Assembly (NCBI GenBank): GCA_000934665.2
Contig: KZ538028.1
Span: 1-64,000, forward strand
Length of the DNA stretch: 64,000 nt
Direction: 5' to 3'
Source of the DNA: Catajapyx aquilonaris
Taxonomy: Eukaryota
The first letter of the stretch is position 1. Every line of letters starts with the position of its first letter. Below, piece after piece: positions 62,796 through 64,000 of the stretch. The notes under the pieces are model-generated. The model did not search any database. It saw only the letters and a program-made list of their open reading frames with translations, and had not been told where the DNA came from. The translations under genes and the position numbers were made by a program.

Positions 62796-64000
62796 TGAAT
62801 TTCAGCTCGCAACAGGCGCCCAGACCTACGCGGGACTGGACGTGCTCGATCCCCTCAACGCTGGCTATGAATCATTGTAGAAATTTTACTCATTCTATGT
62901 GTACTAAGTAAAATATTCGAAGTTCATCTACCAGCATGTCTCTTTGTGTCTGCTATTTTTAATGTACGTATATTTAAGCATGAAAGTGAAAACAATTGCA
63001 AATGTGATAATTCGTCTAATGTTTCGGTGTTCCCATGGCCAGGTGGCGCGTCAAGCTTTGCAAGCCGGTCAGTAGGTGGAAGAAGCCTTCAGGAGACGGG
63101 AGATGGCGGCGCCCTGTGTAAATAACCTTTTCGTCTACAACTGCTGCTCAGGATGGGACGAAGCTGCCCGTCACATTATGTATTATTGTATATAACCTCT
63201 TCGCATCTTGGAACATAATTGTCGCATGCAGGATGTGCTCTCTACCCGATACACTCAATTTTAGAATATTTGTGGGAATGCCAGCTGCAGTGTTGCTCTG
63301 ACTGACTACCCTTCATATGCTTGAAGATCACGATGCAATGCAAATTTTTACGAAATATTTTAATGGCATGGCATACCGTCAACCATCTGGGGCGTATCTT
63401 GTGGATGCCCATCCATAGAAAATGCAAGAAGAGCCACAATGATGCTACAGTTAATCACTTTGCATGCGTATGTCATATTTTCATAGATCAATTTGCCTAA
63501 TATGATCGGCAAGAGAAATGTCGCTTCCTGAACATTGTTTTCCCACTTGGGCCCGTATTGAATTGTGGTCGTCTGTCATACTATTGCCAACATCTCATGT
63601 TCTCAAGGATAAGAAGTTCCGCTCCCCACAGATGAATAATGAAGTCACATGGTATAGTAGCAAATGTCAACAGCAACTTTTATTTCATCACTCCTTTATT
63701 CCTCTTCTTAGCCTTCAACGTCTTCCATGCTGCAGAAAATGTCCAACAGATTCCAGCAGAAATGCCCTCTTGGTCAACTGGATGAAGCAAAAACCACTCA
63801 ATACTTCACTTGTAAGCATTCAACTTTTTGATGGTCTGTGGGACAGCCACACACGATAACTCACTCAGCTCAAGGAACAAGTGATTATTACTAGCATTTT
63901 ATGACCCCAAACCTACTCTTACTACCTACTACACTGTTTATTGGTACACCCTCACAGTTGTCCATTTTTCATGCTTCTCATCAACCACCTGCAAACAATT

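Noticed and set aside
63103..63860. Plus-strand gene starting MAAPCVNNLFVYN
   Set aside because: Good start context and splice-like sites, but all three frames after the nearest acceptor hit stops. Could be a leader, a pseudogene or a gene continuing beyond the window.

Overview
Gene-dense eukaryotic (animal) genomic DNA with short spliceosomal introns, probably from an arthropod; that is inferred from protein similarity, SINE types and a Drosophila-like snRNA PSEB. I reconstructed nine complete multi-exon protein genes by hand: QSER1/PRR12-like DUF4211 protein (-), GTF2H1/TFIIH p62 (-), a CD151-like tetraspanin (+), SVIP (-), ATP synthase subunit b (+), R-Ras2 (-), cortactin (-), proteolipid M6 (+) and PLK4 (-). 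The first coding exon of an unidentified gene runs off the left edge. Introns carry many MITEs (Tc1/mariner, pogo-like, Harbinger, hAT), two tRNA-derived SINEs, a mariner relic and a fold-back mariner derivative. The right end has a small-RNA cluster directly upstream of PLK4: a variant U1 snRNA gene with a positioned PSEB, and a head-to-head pair of 5S genes. One 5S copy is normal length and the other carries a 26-nt internal expansion but keeps both ends and its Pol III terminator. Best leads are this U1/5S cluster, a coding-like 40-codon extension behind the M6 UAG stop (readthrough or alternative acceptor), an exon-skipping switch in the QSER1/PRR12-like gene, a uORF over the PLK4 start, and a GC-AG intron in ATP synthase b. 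All exon boundaries were read by eye without RNA evidence or database searches.
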